Below are positions 39,343 to 58,397 of a DNA stretch of 64,000 nucleotides, piece after piece; the stretch's first letter is position 1, and every line of letters starts with the position of its first letter. A model generated the notes under the pieces. The model was not told the DNA's origin and searched no databases. It saw nothing but the letters and a program-made list of their open reading frames with translations. The stretch comes from the human T2T-CHM13v2.0 reference genome, Homo sapiens, in NCBI RefSeq assembly GCF_009914755.1, contig NC_060935.1, one strand, 5' to 3'. A program made the position numbers and the translations under genes.

Positions 39343-39880
39343 TGAGATAGATAGATAAATAGATAGGTAGATGATAGATATAGATGATAGATAGGTAGAT
39401 AGATAGGTATGTATAGATGGAGAGAGAGAAACAGATGGATAGGAATAGATAGATAGCCAGATTAGATAGACAGATGATAGATAGATAGATTGGTTGATAG
39501 ATAGATATGTATAGATGGAGAGAGAAACAGATGAATAGGAATAGACAGATAGATGATAGATACATAGACAGACAGTGATGAATAGATGGATACATAGATG
39601 ATAGATAGATGATAGATAGATAGATAGATAGATAGATAGAGATAGATAAGTATAAATGGAGAGAAAGAAAAATGTACGGATAGATATATGGATAGATGGA
39701 TAGGGATAGATACATAGATATAGATCAATGGATGGACACATAGATGATAGATAAATATGTATAGATGGAGAGAGAAACAGATGGATAGATAGATGGATAG
39801 AGATAGATAGACAGATAAATAGATAGAAATAGATGGATACAGAGATGGATAGATGATAAGCAGACAGATATAGACAGATG
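39343..39880 (+). repeat. Degenerate (GATA)n-derived compound repeat
   Basis: TAGA/GATG/GACA runs with a recurring longer motif. Confidence 0.9.
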
Positions 39881-40169
39881 TGAAAAATACATATATATGT
39901 ATATGTGAAGTTATAAATATGTATACATGTAGCAATAAATATGTATATATGTATTTGTACACATGTGTGTGTGTGAACTCTCCATGCATCCTGGGTTGTC
40001 AGAGACAAGAGGGAGCCCAGCAGAAAGTACCTGCTGAGGGAGACATGAAAACTATGAATTTTGAATGTGTTCCCCACACCACACAGATCCATAGCACAGC
40101 ATAAAACATTTGGCATTTGGAAGCATTTTGTACTTTTCTGTTTGTTTTGGGTAAAATTTTGTTTGTAGT

Positions 40170-40648
40170 TCTATGTGTTTAGGGGGTGCAAGTGCAGGTT
40201 TCTTAGAGAATATATTGTGGAGTGGTGAAGTCTGGGCTTTTCCTGTGCCCATCACCCAAATAGTGAACATCGTACCCAATAGGTACTTTTTCAGTCCTCA
40301 CCCCCTCCCAGCCTCCCACCTTTCATAGTCTCCAATGTCTATTATTCCCTCTGTATGTCCATGTCTACCCATTGTTTAGCCTCCACTTACAAGTGAGACT
40401 GTGTGGTATTTGGCTTACTGTTCCTTAGTTATTTCACCTAGGATTATGGCCTCCAGTTCCATTTGTGTTTCTACAAAAGACATGATTTTATTTCATTCTT
40501 TGTAATGGCTGAGTAGTATTTCATGATGTCTATATAACACATTTTTAAAATCCAATCTTCCCTTGATGGGCACTTAGGTGGATTCCACATCTTTTCTATT
40601 GTGAATAATGCTATGATAAACATACAAGTGCAGGTGTCTTTTTGATAT
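40170..40648 (-). mobile_element. L1PB-type 3' end fragment
   Basis: TTTAGGGGGTGCAAGTGCAGG...GTGGTGAAGTCTGGGCTTTT...CCACTTACAAGTGAGA. Confidence 0.8.
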
Positions 40649-41073
40649 CTTTATTTTTAGAGGCACTTTGAAGCATGAGTGGACTGTGGGAAGGCAGAGA
40701 TCCATCCGTGAGAAGGGCATTTCAGGCAAAAGGAATGGCCTGGACAAAGGGGTGACAGTGTAGAAATACATGGTGTGAATGAGGATAAAATGCAACAAGC
40801 TCCATTTGGCTTGAGCAAAAAATACTGCAGGAGAGAAAACTGGATGCAGTTAGGGCATGAATCAGAAATAAGTTCAACTTCTTAAAAGGAAGCAATGAAA
40901 CTTATTTCCATCATATCTGGGAAGTGAATAAAGCCCAGACAGTTTAAGGTATCAGTTTGAAGAACTTGAGTGTCATGTTTCATGCCACTGGTCCTCTGGG
41001 GACTGTGTTGAATAAATATTTAGAAATAGTGTTTCATGAGTATGGCTGTTAATTAAATATTAAGGAGTTATCA

Positions 41074-41897
41074 TGTAATTGCCTGATGGATTCTTCTCCC
41101 CTACTGCACAGATACAGCCAATATACCAAGATAGCAGTATTGTAACAGAGAGTTTAATAAACACAGCTAGCTAAGCAGGAGATAGGAGTTTATTACTCAG
41201 ATCAGTCTCCCTGAAAGCTTGGAAGCTAGGGTTTTCATGGATAATTTGCCTGGGAGGGGCTAAGCAGTGGTTGCTGCTTATTGGTTGGAGATAAAATCAT
41301 AGGGGTGTGGAAAACAGTCCTCATGAGCTGAGTCAGCCCTTAGGTGGGGACCACACGACTGGTTGAGTCATGAGTCATGGGTCCAAATGGAGTTAGTTGT
41401 AAGAATGCAAAAGTCTGGAAAACATCTCAAAAGGCCCCCCTTAGGTTCTACAATAGTGATGTTATCTATATGAGCAATTGGAGAAGTCATAAATCTTGTG
41501 ACCTCTGGCTTCAAGAATCCTGAGTGATTAGGGATTATAAGCAAGCAAGCTATGGAACAATGGTGGGTTATTATTTAACTATGCCTACATCTTAGCAGAA
41601 TTCAGACCCCTCCTATAATCCCAATCTCCGTGGCCTTTCATGGGTCTTACAAAGGTGGTGTCAGTACTGGGACAAGGAGGAGGTCAGTTTTAGAAAGGGA
41701 CTCTTATCATCCTTGATTGAAAGTCAAACTATAAATTAAATTTCTCCATGGTTAGGTTGGCCTATGCCCAGGAATGAACAAAGGCAGCTTGGAGGTCAGA
41801 AGCAAGATGGAATCAGTTAGGTGATATTTCTTTCCCTATCATAATTTTTCTATGTCACGTTTCTCTCACTGTCATACTTTTTGCAAAGGTGGCTTCA
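41074..41897 (-). mobile_element. LTR8A-like ERV1 solo LTR
   Basis: The minus strand starts TGAAGCCACCTTTGCAAAAAG; TG...CA ends; 4-bp TSD ATCA/ATTA. Confidence 0.75.
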
Positions 41898-43270
41898 ATT
41901 ATAATGAAGATACCTGAGCTACAACATTTCCAAGTTTTATCAGCATCTTTTCTAGAGATTAAACAGGTGCTGCAGAGTTGACCTTCAAACCCATAGGTGG
42001 AATGAACAGAAGCTCGTGCCTGGCCCATGAAATGAGCCCATGAGAAAAGGTGACATGTCCTGTGGGCTTCCATGAAGTGTCTCTAGCAGTCATAGTGGCA
42101 GCATTCCAGCAGAGGGTTGCTGAGGGCTGCAGGATAGAAAATTCCCAAAGCAATGGTTTCTTCCAGTAGTGCAGTGGAAGCCTTCTCCTGCAAGAAAGAA
42201 ACCAAAGCAAAGATCAGAAACCAAAGCAAAATCCACAGTGAGAAAATTTACAGGCACCTCCCCGCAGAAAGCCAAACATCAGGAACCAGAAAAGAAAGCT
42301 TCCTAAAGAAGCCAGAGAAGTCGAGACTAACCCCACCTGGCTGGAATTTCTAGAGACAAATGTTAAACCACAGCCTGAAAATGCAGTCGCATGTTTCAGC
42401 CTGGTCTTATCCTCTAGGTGAGGTTAGACCCTGCCTGCCTGGTCTCATGCTTATTACTCTGCACAATGTAGGTGGACAAGAAATACCCCTGGAATGACCT
42501 GGGAGAGGAAAACAATGCCATCTTCATTTCAATTTTCAGAAAGGGGTTTGCAAGAAAAGTACATTTGTCCAGGAATTGGGAGGTCTGAGTGCCATAGCCC
42601 AGTACACAGGCTATGGAAACAGCAAATTTGAGCTCCAATCCAAAACTCTGTCTCTGAACCAGATTGAGACAGGGTCCCAGGCCATGTCAACCTGTCATAC
42701 TAAATCAGAAATGTGGTCTCTGCTCTGGACTTCTGCTTTGGTGGTTTGCCCTTGACATGGCAGGTGATATGCTGATCCTGGCCTCATTGAATAAATAGTG
42801 AACAAATATTTAAAACAGATACAAGGCTGGGTATGGGTGGCTCACACCAGTAATCCCAACACTTTGGGAGGCCGAGGCAGGAGGATTGCTTCAACCCAGT
42901 TTGAGACCAGCCAAGCAACATATCGAGACCACTATCTCTGTAAAATAAAAAAAAAATTAGCCAGGTGTGGTGGTGCCCACCTGTAGTCCCACCTACTCAT
43001 AAGGCTGAGGTGGGAGGATTGCTTGAGCAGGGGAGGTCGAGGCTACAGTGAGGTATGATCATGCCACTGCACTCCAGCCTGGGTGACAGAGCAAGACTCT
43101 GCCTCAGAAAAAAAAAAGAGAGACATAAACATTTTAACATTATTTTATGAAATGTCATAAAAAATAAAAATTACAAACGTATCCTGGGTGTTCTGCCTGC
43201 TCTGCTCTGCTTCTTCTTACTGGGTGATCTTAGGACAGTTGTTTAATGCCTCCAAGTCTCACTCTTCTCA

Positions 43271-43652
<382 letters not shown>

Positions 43653-43878
43653 TCATCCCTAGCTCTGCCAGTAAGTGTTTGCTCTTACATAACTCACTTT
43701 TCCTTTCCGAAGATCAGTGTTCTCATGTGCAAAGTGTGGGGTTCAGACCAGACAACCCCTAAGAAGTAAAAGTGAGCTTTCTGCTTTTCATTGTGCTGTG
43801 TTTCCAAAGCAGCACCTGGTGAGAAAGCAATCACTACCCCACCTGGCAGCAGGAAGAGAACTAGTGTCTCAAGGTTAC

Positions 43879-44619
<741 letters not shown>

Positions 44620-45409
44620 GATACTTAGTGTTCTTTCAGATGAAAGTTGAGTCTCTAACCTCCTTGATAGCCAAGATACGCAAAACCGGTTCTCATAACT
44701 TTCAAAAGTGAATTAACTGAAAAGGCAGACAAGGGAATTTTGTTAGGTGATTTGTTGGAAGAGAAATCCTTAGAGGGTTTATTTCTCCTTGGAGCATAAT
44801 GTCAATTATTATTAATAGCTTAGAATATACTCTTGATAATATTAAGGAAGTAGTCTCTAATTCTTATATGTCTTTATAAGACTTTAAAATAATAATGGAT
44901 TGACTTGATAAAACACCCTTTAATATCTACTCATTTATTGATTTATAGACTCATTTTTCAGAGATGTAATATAAGCTATAGTAATATATTAATGTTTTTC
45001 TTAATATTGATCACTTCCATACTTGGGACAAACCCTTTGTGCTTTTATATTATTTTAATGTATCATTAAATTCTACTTACTGACATTGTTATTAATCACA
45101 TAGTTTTGTATTCACAAGTGAGATTATTCTAAAACACTTTTGATTATCTTGGTCAGGGTATTGGGAACAGGAGCATCTACCTTATAGGATAAATCTTATA
45201 GCTTTCTGTCTTTTTGTAAAGACAGGGAGCAGAAAACACCCACATTAAATATTTCTCATTTGTTTCATTCCTTAGTATAATTTCAAATTCTTATTTGATC
45301 TTACATCAATTTGCCATTGTCGATTTATGTTATGTAAAAATAATACATCTCATTAAGATATTTCATTAATAATATAATTATGTATACCTCATAATTGCAT
45401 TTATAATAA

Positions 45410-45724
<315 letters not shown>

Positions 45725-46099
45725 TGATCCACCCACCTCTGCCTCCTGAAGTGCTGAGATTACAGGTGTGAGCCACCACCCCCAGCCCCAGGTATTTTAG
45801 TATTTTATTTAATATTACTATTTATTTACTAATTAATATTAATAATATTATTTAATTTTATATTTAGTATAATATTTTATACTAAATAGCTAGTATTTTA
45901 GTTATGCTATTAATCTCTTCTAAAATACATTTATTGCTAGGTTTCATGGTTTCATGTTGTTTAAGTAGACACTATAATTATTTTCTTTATTTTTAAATTT
46001 TAGTTAGAATGCTTCATTTTGTTTATTTTCACCTTTTTATTTTATTACAAAATATTCAAAGCTAAGAATTTATTTTGGAGTCTTGCTTTAATCACACTG

Positions 46100-46429
46100 C
46101 AGTCATTCATCACTTAAAAATAGAGATATTTTCTGACAAATGCTTTGTTCAGCAATTCCATCATTGTGTGAACATCATAGAGTGAGCTTACACAAGGCTA
46201 GATGGTAGGGCCGACCACACACCTAGGCCATATGGTAGAGCCCACTGCTCCTTGGCTACAAATCTATTTGGCATATGACTGTACTGAATTCTGTAGGCAA
46301 CTGTAACACAATGGCGTTTGTGTATCTAAACATAGAAAAGAAACAGCAAAAATGCATTATTATAATTTCATGGGAGCACTGTCATAGAGTTCATCACTGA
46401 TCCAAGTGTCATTATGTGGCACATGACTG
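46100..46429. mobile_element. Tigger3a (MER7A)-like TcMar DNA transposon relic
   Basis: CAGTCAT...ATGACTG termini; internal TCATTGTGTGAACATCATAGAGTG and GTAGGCAACTGTAACACAATGG. Confidence 0.8.
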
Positions 46430-46467
46430 AATATATGTTTGTATAGTGGTTTTGGTGGCAGGGGTTA

Positions 46468-46469
<2 letters not shown>

Positions 46470-46507
<38 letters not shown>
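46470..46507 (+). repeat. (GT)n microsatellite
   Basis: Read directly. Confidence 0.9.
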
Positions 46508-46804
46508 TGTGTCTGAGACAGAGTCATACTCCGTTGCCCAGGCTGGAGTGCAGTGGTGTGATCTCAGCTCACTCCAACCTCCCTAGCTGGGATTACAGGC
46601 ATCTGCCACCATACCCGGTTAAGAAGATCTTTTTTGATCTTCTGCAAATGACTCTATTCTAAGTGCAGCTCAAATATTGGCAGACTTCATCAATGTTTGG
46701 ACTAGACATCACATGGACACCAAATCAGTGGCAAATTCCCTTCTTTTCTACCCTGGTTTCTCCTTTGGCATCATTTCACCCCAAAATATTTCTGTTCATC
46801 TCTT

Positions 46805-47525
46805 TGGTGGGCAGAATAATGGTCCCCTAAAGATGCCCAAATCCTAATCCCCAGAACATGTGAATATGTTATCTTACATGGACAAAAGTATTTTGCAGAT
46901 GTGATTAAGGTTAAGGACTTTGAGATGAGGGTATCATCTCAGATTATCCAGGTGGGCTCAACCTAATCACATGAGTCCTTAAAAGAAACTTTTCCAGCTG
47001 AGGTCAGAGTCAGAGAGAGAGGCTGGGCACAGTGACTCATGCTTGTAATCCCAGAACTTTGAGAAGCTGAGGCAGGAGGATCGCTTCAGCCTAAGAGATT
47101 GAAAGCAGCCTGGGCAACATAGCAAGACTGTCTCTACGAAAGAAAAATTTAAAAATTCACCAGGCATCATGGTGCATGTCTGTAGTTCCTAGCTACTTGG
47201 GAGGCTGAAAAGGGAGGATCACTTGAGCACAGGGGTTGAGGCTACAGTGAGCTATGGATAATATCCCACCTGGATAATCTGAGATGATACCCTCATCTCA
47301 AAGTCTTTAACCTTGATCACATCTGAAAAATCATTTTGTCCATGTAAGATAACATATTCACACGTTCTGGGGATTAGGATTTGGGCATCACTGCACTCCA
47401 GCTTGGGCAACAGAGCAAGACCCCATCTGAAAAAAAAAAAGTCAGAGAGGGAGGGGTGATTATGGGAGAATGGTGAGAGAGATGCAATGTTCCTGGATTT
47501 GAAAACAGAGAAAGGGGCTATGAAG
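46805..47525 (+). mobile_element. MLT1 (MLT1D-like) LTR interrupted by AluJ (47021-47440)
   Basis: GGCAGAATAATGGTCCCC...TTTGCAGATGTGATTAAG...GATTATCCAGGTGGGC; Alu TSD GTCAGAGAG. Confidence 0.8.
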
Positions 47526-48112
47526 GTGCACATTACATTGTTGTGCACCTTTAATTGCCACAACTCACTCCAGTTCTCTTTTCTTCCCTAAACAATCATT
47601 TAATGTATCATTTGTGTGTCTCACCTTTTGAATGTGTTCTTACAAAATGCACATTTTAGTTTTGTGTGCATGCAATTTTTAATTTCTGTAAATGACATTG
47701 ATATAGAACAATTCACTTGCATAAGAACTAGTTTTTTTTTAAGATATAAGCTTGTATCTACAGCCATTGCTCCTAACTACTGCCTAGTAGCCCATGGTAT
47801 AAATTTATTGTGGCTGACCCCTCCACACTTTTAATGTACAAAATATTTAACCCTTGAACAACATAGGCATGACCTAATGAGGAGGTTGCCTCAATGCTGG
47901 GCTGGAGCTGGATCCCACAGGCTCCTGAAATTCAGAATTTAATCTTAAATTGCTGCAGCAGGAAAGGTTAGGGTAGGTTTGCAGGGAAGATGGAGAGGCA
48001 TTTAGTAGGCTGGGAAGCAGCTAGTTATCAACCCACATGACATGAGGACACTGTTTCACTATTTCAACAACCCGTGTGGCTGTATCATGCCTATCAGCTG
48101 AATATTACCCCT

Positions 48113-48905
48113 TGTGTTAGTCTTTTATTGTGTTGTTTAAAGAAATACCTGGGGCTGGATAATTTAAAAAGAAAATAGGTTTATTTGTCTCATGGTTCTA
48201 TGGACCATACAAGAAGCATGGCACCAGCATCTGCTCCTGGAGAGGCATCAAGAAGATACCAAACATGGCAGAAGATATAGAGAGAGCTGGCATAACACGT
48301 GGCAAGAGAGAGAGCAAGTGAGGGAGAAGAGGGAGTTTCCAAACTCTGTTAAACGATCAGGTCTCACATGAACTAACTGAGTGAGAGCTCACTTATCACC
48401 AAAGAATGGCGCTAAGCCATTCATGAGGGATCCACACTCATGATCTGATATGGTTAGGCTTTGTGTCCCCACCCAAATCTCCTCTTGAATTGTAATCCCC
48501 AGATGTTGAGGAAAGAGACCTTGTGGGAGGTGATAAGATCATCAGGGTGGTTTTCCCCATGCTGTTCTCATGACAGTGAGTGAGTTTTCATGAGATCTGA
48601 TGGTTTTATAAGTGTTTGGCAAGTTTCTCTTACGCTCACACTCTTTTCTGCCACCTTGTGAAGAAGGAGCATGCTTCCCCTTCTGCCATGATTGTACGTT
48701 TCCTGAGGCATCCCCAGCCATGCTGAACTGTGAGCCAATTAAACCTCTTTTATTTACAAATTACCCAGTCTCGGCTAGTATCTTTATGGCAGTGTGAGAA
48801 TGAACTTATACATGATCCAATCACCTCCCACCAGGCCCCGCCTCTAACATTGGGGATCATATTTCAACAGGAGATTTGGAAGGGACAAGTATCCAAACTA
48901 TATGA
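48113..48905 (-). mobile_element. MSTB-like LTR containing a nested opposite-strand MSTA/THE1D-like LTR (48446-48812)
   Basis: The inner element runs TGATATGG...TATACA and is flanked by an exact TGATC 5-bp TSD. Confidence 0.82.
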
Positions 48906-49494
48906 CCCCTGCCTATCCTGACCTCTCCACTTCTAGTAATGAATTCCCAGGAATCCTCCAACTTCCCCACCATAAACCATAATGCAAAAAACTTCCTTGT
49001 ACAAGTCCCATTATGGACCCTGAGATAGATACCAGTCAAGGAATTTCTGAGGCATGTATATGCATATATATAATTTGCATGAGTAACATCACAATGTCTG
49101 TACCAGTCCACCCACCCACCAACAGAGCATGTGGCCTCCCACAGCCCCACCAGCTATCTAATTGTCACCTAGTCCAGTAGGCATGAAGAAGTAGCTCACT
49201 GTGGTTTGAATTTGCATTTGTCTTATTTCTAATTACCAGGAACCTTGGGCTCTCATTTTGTGGTCAAAATCTTGGTGGCTTCCCATTCTACAAACATCCT
49301 TTTCATAGCAAATCTTCTCTTTTTTAAAAAATGGGGTTGCTCTCTTTTTATCACTTATAGGCAGGAGCTCCTTGTACAGAAGCGTCAAGGTATTTGTCAG
49401 AGGTGCTATCTCCTAATGCTTCCACAACTACAAGTTCTCAAAGTGTCAGCCCTGCACTAAAGACTGTGTCAGGATGAGGAGATTGGCTCTCTGA

Positions 49495-49923
<429 letters not shown>

Positions 49924-51053
49924 TAGGATTGAAACAAATACCACTGAAACAGCCACATTGAAAGAAAGGGACAGTACTTTGTAGTCTAAAGTAAACCATG
50001 TCTCAGCCAATCAAAATGCCATTATGGGTATGGAGCCAAGATGGCCAAATAGTAACAGCTCCAGTCTACAGCTCCCAGCATGAGCGACACAGAAGACGGG
50101 TAATTTCTTCATTTCCAAATGAGGTACCGGGTTCATCTCACTGGGGAGTGTCAGAAAGTGGGTGCAGGACAGTGGGTTCAGTGCACCCAGTGTTAGTCAA
50201 AGCAGGGCGAGGCATCACCTCACCCAGGAAGTGCAAGGGGTCAGCAAATTCCCTTTCCTAGTCAAAGAAAGGGCTGACAGATGGCACCTGGAAAATCGGG
50301 TCACTCCCACCCTAATACTGCACTTTTCCAATGGTCTTAGCAAACGGCACACCAGAAGATTATATCCCGTGCATGGCTCGGAGGGTCCTATGCCCGTGAA
50401 GCCTCACTCATGGCTAGCACAGCAGTCTGAGATCAAACTGCAAGGTGGCAGTGAGGATGGGGGTGGGGCACCCACAATTTCCAAGGCTTGAGTAGGTAAA
50501 CAAAGCAGCTGGGAAGCTCGAACTGGGTGGAGCCCACTGCAGCTCAAGGAGGCCTGCCTGCCTCTGTAGACTCCACCTCTGGGGGCAGGGAATAGCCAAA
50601 CAAAAGGCAGCAGAATCCTCTGAAGACTTAAATGTCCTTGTTTGACAGCTTTGAAGAGAGTAGTGGTTTTCCCAGGATGCAGCTGGAGATCTGAGAACAG
50701 ACAGAATGCCTCCACAAGTGGGTCCCTGACCCCTGAGTAGCCTAACTGGGAGGCACCCCCCAGTAGGGGCAGACGGACACCTCACATGGCCAGGTACTCC
50801 TCTAACACAAAACTTCCAGAGGAATGCTCAGGCAGCAACATTTGCTACTCACCAGTATCTGCTGTTCTGCAGCCTCTGCTACTGATACCTAGGCAAACAG
50901 GGTCTGCAGTGGACCACCAGCAAACTCCAACATACCTGCAGCTGAGGGTCCTGTCTGTTAGAAGGAAAACTAACAAACAGAAAGGACATCCACATAAAAA
51001 ACCCATCTGTACGTCACCATCATCAAAGACCAAAGGTAGATAAAACCACAAAG

Positions 51054-52065
51054 ATGGGGAAAAAACAGAGCAGAAAAACTGGAAACTAAGAATCAGAACA
51101 CCTCTCCTCCTCCAAAGGAATGCAGCTCCTCATCAGCAACAGAACAAAGCTGGACGGAGAACAACTATGACGAATTGAGAGAAGGCTTCAGATGAACAAA
51201 CTACTCCGAGCTAAAGGAGGAAGATTGAACCAAAGGCAAAGAAGTAAAAAACCTTGGAAAAAAATTAGACTAATGGCTAACTAGAATAACCAATGCAGAG
51301 AAGTCCTTAAAGGATGTGGTGGAGCTGAAAACCAAGGCAAAAGAACTACGTGATGAATGCACAAGCCTCAGTAGCCGATTGGATCAACTGGAAGAAAGGG
51401 TATCAATGATGGAAGATAAAATGAATGAAATGAAGTGAGAAGAGAAGTTTAGAGAAAAAAGAATAAAAAGAAATGAACAAAGCCTCCAAGAAATATGGGA
51501 CTATGTGAAAAGACCAAATCTACGTCTGATTGGTGTATCTGAAAGTGACAGGGAGAATGGAACCAAGTTGGAAAACACTCTGCAGGAAATTATCCAGGAG
51601 AACTTCCCCAATCTATCAAGGCAGGCCAACATTCAAATGCAGGAAATACAGAGAATACCACAGAGATATTCCTCAAGAAGAGCAACTCCAAGACATGTAA
51701 TTATCAGATTCACCAAAGTTGAAATGGAGGAAAAAATGTTAAGGGCAGCCAGAGAGAAAGGTCGGGTTACCCACAAAGGGAAGCCCATCAGACTAAGAGC
51801 TGATCTCTTGGCAGAAACCCTACAAGCCAGAAGAGAGTGGGGACCAATATTCAACATTCTTAAAGAAAAGAATTTTCAACCCAGAATTTCATATCCAGCC
51901 AAAATAAGCTTCATAAGTGAAGGAGAAATAAAATCCTTTACAGACAAGCAAATGCTGAGAGATTTTGTCACTACCAGGCCCGCCCTAAAAGAGCTCCTAA
52001 AGGAAGTACTAAACATGGAAAGGAACAACCAGTACCAGCCACTGCAAGAACATGCCAAATTGTAA
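51054..52065 (+). pseudogene. L1 ORF1p remnant (frameshift and stops in the 5' half)
   Basis: Starts ATGGGGAAAAAACAG; the C-terminal half is open (KRPNLRLIG...YPAKISF...LQEHAKL*). Confidence 0.9.
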
Positions 52066-52128
52066 AGACCATCAAGGCTAGGAAGAAACTGCATGAACTA
52101 ATGAGCAAAATAACCAGCTAACATCATA

Positions 52129-55975
<3,847 letters not shown>

Positions 55976-57275
55976 AAAATGAGACCACATGGACACAGGA
56001 AGGGGAACATCACACTCTGGGGTCTGTTGTGGGGTTGGGGGAGGGGGGAGGGATAGCATTAGGAGATATACCTAATGTTAAATGAGGAGTTACTTTGTGC
56101 AGCACACCAGCATGGCACATGTATACATATGTAACTAACCTACACGTTGTGAACAAGTACCCTAAAACTTAAAGTATAATAAAAAAAGAAAAAAAAAAAC
56201 CAAAATGCCTTTACGTTGTATCAGTCCAGTAGAGTTATCAACCCAAACAATCCCCTCATTAGCAGTTACAGTATTATAGTACTTCTACAACGTCCATGAT
56301 TTTTCACTTCTTTTTTTAAAAAAAACCTCAAGTTCCCCACCCGTGATGATTTTCTTAGACTCAGCTCTCTGTGGTCTCATAATAGGAATCTGGTGAAGAA
56401 AGAGCTTCATGTGCAAATAAGATGGGGAAATCTAGATTCAGTAAACTATTTTTTTAATGAGTACTTTCTCATTATGCACATTATGTGAGTTTTAGGAACA
56501 TAATTGAGGAAGCGTTAGTGTTGGAAAATGAGCGCTAGTCTTAGAGGAAATAGTTCTCTCCTCTCTTCCCTAGCACGTATCATGCTGCAGCTTGGGCATA
56601 ACCATGAATGGTTCTGAAGCCTCAGTTTCTGAATCTTCAGAATGGGGCCATAATATAATTGTGTATAAAGGCAGGGGATTTAACAAGGTGTTTGACTGAC
56701 TTTCTGCTCAAGCCTAAGGTGCATTCATCTCTAAACCTTTCTTCCTCTGATCCTTCAGCCTCCCACTCAGCCCTTGTGGAAAATATTTGATAGAAAAAAC
56801 TGAGATGCCACAGCAGCTGTGGACAGTAATGCTTGAAACAAAACCTTTGTTGATTTAGTTGCATTTCTGTAAACCCCGGATGGGATGCTGTTGGAAGCCC
56901 AGTAGTAATTGTACATCTGGACTTCCCACGGCCTGCTCCAACAGGCAGTCACTGGCAGAACCACGTGCTCCATTGACACAGACCATGTTTCCCATCACAG
57001 CTTATCTGAGCAGTGTTGAATGGTCCAAAGTTATTATTTACAGCTCAGTGAGGATAGGGCAGAGAATCAGAAACTATGGATGAGATCCATGCTGCAAATG
57101 CTACTCATGGAGGATGACAGCATCTGAGATGCCTAAGGAGCAGAGAAAGGGATTCTTAGCAACTCCTGATGTCTCAGAGAGCCACACAAGCTATGCTTCC
57201 CACCCTCCAGAAGGCTCCTCTGCTGATTGCAGCCAACATTGATTCCTTCCCTTCCTCGCCGACCCTATTCCATAT

Positions 57276-57389
57276 TAGGGTGACCAGCTCATCCCAGGTT
57301 GCCTGGGACTTTCCTGGTTTTCATACTGAAAGTCCAGTGTCCCGAGAAACTCCTCAATACCTGGTAAGCAGAGCTAGTGGGTCACCTTA
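57276..57389. mobile_element. MER81 hAT-Blackjack MITE
   Basis: TAGGGTGACC...GGTCACCTTA terminal inverted repeats, about 114 bp, internal ACTGAAAGTCC. Confidence 0.75.
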
Positions 57390-58304
57390 CCCATACTGTC
57401 TAGACGAAGCATTTTTGTCATTGACTATATCTGGTTACAAGTGTAGCCACACTAACATCAAACACTTACTGGGTGTCTAGTGAGTACACTGTGCTCAACT
57501 TAGAGCACACACTGCCCTCATCTGATTTTTTTCTCTATTTTCCACAATGTGTTACAAAATGCTTTTTATATACCTAGCATTCAGATCTTGTTTTCTATGT
57601 GCCATTGTCCAAAAAACAAAAACAAAAACAAAAACAAAACAAACCCAGTGCTTCTTGGGAAAATGGTTGATTCCAGGACTGGGGCAAGAAAAGTAATAAT
57701 ATGAGCCCGGAACATTTTATGATGGCAGAAAGTAAGGCAATGTTCAAGAAAATGTAGAATGAGAGAGCACCTCAACAGAGTACAAAAGGCTAGGCGCACT
57801 GCCTGTAATGCCAGCACTTTGGGAGGTTGAGGCAAGAGGATCACTTGAAGCCAGGAATTCAAGACCAGCCTGGGAAACATAGGGAGACCCTGTCTGTATG
57901 AAAACTTTAAAAAATTAGTCAAGAATGGTGGCATGCATCTGTAGTCCCAGCTACTCCAGAGGCTAAGGTGGGAGCATCACTTGAGCCCAGGAGTTAGAGG
58001 CTGCATGAGCTAAGATTGTGCCACTGCACTCAAGCCTGGGCAACAAAATGAGACTCTGCTTCTTAAAAAAAAAGTAAAATAAATAAAATAAAAATTGCTG
58101 ATTAAGGCCTGGCACAGTGGTTTACTCCTGTGATCTGAGCACTTTGGGAAGCTGAGGTGGGTGGATCACTTGAGGTCAGGAGTTTGAGACCAGGCTGGAC
58201 AACATGGTGAAACCCTCTCTCTACCCAAAATACAAAAAAAAAAATTTTCCCATTACCACAGGGGAAAAAAAAGCACAGAAGACAACTTTAAGAAGAAGCC
58301 CCTA

Positions 58305-58397
<93 letters not shown>

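Noticed and set aside
39343-39880. Repeat-spacer-like pattern suggesting a CRISPR array
   Set aside because: Spacers are GATA microsatellite of irregular length, the context is eukaryotic and there are no cas genes.
39124-40116. 330-aa minus-strand ORF rich in S/I/Y/L and overlapping ORFs
   Set aside because: Artefact of the (TATC)n low-complexity repeat, which lacks stops on that strand.
42153-42353. Lys-rich short ORF with repeated GAAACCAAAGCAAA
   Set aside because: No recognisable family or splice context; A-rich composition explains it.
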